Of a stretch of DNA of 64,000 bases, positions 62,649 to 64,000 are shown piece after piece. The stretch lies in the NCBI GenBank assembly GCA_051294375.1, contig JBJCIZ010000239.1, forward strand, positions 4,776,953 through 4,840,952. Reading direction: 5' to 3'. Source of the stretch: Paraspadella gotoi. Its lineage: Eukaryota > Animalia > Chaetognatha. The position numbers were made by a program, and so were the translations under genes. A model generated the notes under the pieces. That model did no database searches. It saw only the letters and a program-made list of their open reading frames with translations, and was not told where the DNA came from. How positions within the stretch are numbered: position 1 is the stretch's first letter; each line of letters opens with the position of its first letter.

Positions 62649-63615
62649 NNNNNNNNNNNNNNNNNNNNNNNNNNNNNNNNNNNNNNNNNNNNNNNNNNNN
62701 NNNNNNNNNNNNNNNNNNNNNNNNNNNNNNNNNNNNNNNNNNNNNNNNNNNNNNNNNNNNNNNNNNNNNNNNNNNNNNNNNNNNNNNNNNNNNNNNNNNN
62801 NNNNNNNNNNNNNNNNNNNNNNNNNNNNNNNNNNNNNNNNNNNNNNNNNNNNNNNNNNNNNNNNNNNNNNNNNNNNNNNNNNNNNNNNNNNNNNNAAAGC
62901 TTGGATGCTAGGAGGTAGCAGCTTGGGAAAAGCTTTAATGCTTGGAGGGAATAGCTTGGGAAAGTTTGCAAGATATACGCCACCCCAACGGCAGGAATTG
63001 ATGCTGGGAGGTAGCAGTTGTAGCCGAGGTGAAGACATCAAATGAGAGAAAAAGAGACGAGGAAAACGAAGTATCTTGGGTGCGAAATTAATCTGAACAT
63101 TTAAAGATTGTTTATTTCGATTCTTATATTAATTACACGTGATTGCTTGACAAAAAATTCAATGCCTGGAGTAATGTTGAGTCATTTTAGTTAATACGGG
63201 TAGGTAAAGTATTATTATTGAAAGGCTTGTTATTTTTTTCAATCTTCATAATCTTGTAAAGGTGAGGGCGGAATGAGGCATTGAAATTACGGTTCTGTCG
63301 TATTCACGATATTTCACTGGCATTTTACTTAAAGTTTCCCTTTTTGTTCTTTATCTTCTTTTTAAAAAGTAAATCGCCAGTCAGATATTCTATCTCTTCT
63401 TTTAAATATTAACCGAAAGTTAATCTTTATTTTCTTAAATAAAAAAAACATCGGCCGTCTGCTTGAAAAGAGGCTTGAGTGAGGAAAGGCCGCCTGCTTC
63501 GCCGCGTCGGCTCCGCTGCCCAGCAACGTCTGCATCGCCGCGTCGTGCGAAAGTAATAAGAAAGTTGACAAGTCGTTTTGCGCCTTGGTCGTTCCTTGAC
63601 GTTCGACCGCCCTTC

Positions 63616-63672
<57 letters not shown>

Positions 63673-63817
63673 CTTATGGACTTGTCCATGAGTCGCATCT
63701 TACTTCCACATTGTCTCCTTACTATGACTCTCCGGCTGTCAGTTTCTTTATTTATTAATTTTATTTACTATTTTTTTGTCTGTCTATCAGTTCATCACTA
63801 TAAATAATCATATCGGT

Positions 63818-63885
<68 letters not shown>

Positions 63886-63931
63886 CGTCGGCCTTTTTCC
63901 TATCCGGACCCGGAGAGAGAGAGCAGAGACG

Positions 63932-63962
<31 letters not shown>

Positions 63963-64000
63963 AGAGAGAGGAGAGAGAGAGAATCTCTCCTCTTTTTTTT

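Overview
Draft-quality eukaryotic genomic scaffold with many N gaps. It is probably a bilaterian invertebrate, inferred only from RFX X-box, YY1-like and CTCF-like motifs. The sequence is AT-rich and saturated with AG, AAAG, AAAT and GAC/GAT microsatellites, and almost all ORFs in the supplied track are low-complexity or N-gap artefacts. I could not confidently name any host gene; only scattered candidate exons are visible. Structure I can support: (1) a ~12 kb inverted repeat (arms ~3770-9890 and ~9971-16000) centred on a gap, with an indel-free core and noisy flanks; (2) a tRNA-derived SINE (6 copies), a TIR-bounded MITE-like family filled with degenerate TTAGGG repeats, and two more dispersed repeat families; (3) several minisatellites, one built from DR5 RGGTCA half-site pairs; (4) a ~10 kb microsatellite-poor island (28.3-38.6 kb) of decayed coding DNA. 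By manual translation the island holds a protein-primed family B DNA polymerase remnant, two DIRS-like reverse transcriptase remnants, and long frames broken only by TAA/TAG. All protein-family calls are by-eye motif matches and need HMM confirmation.
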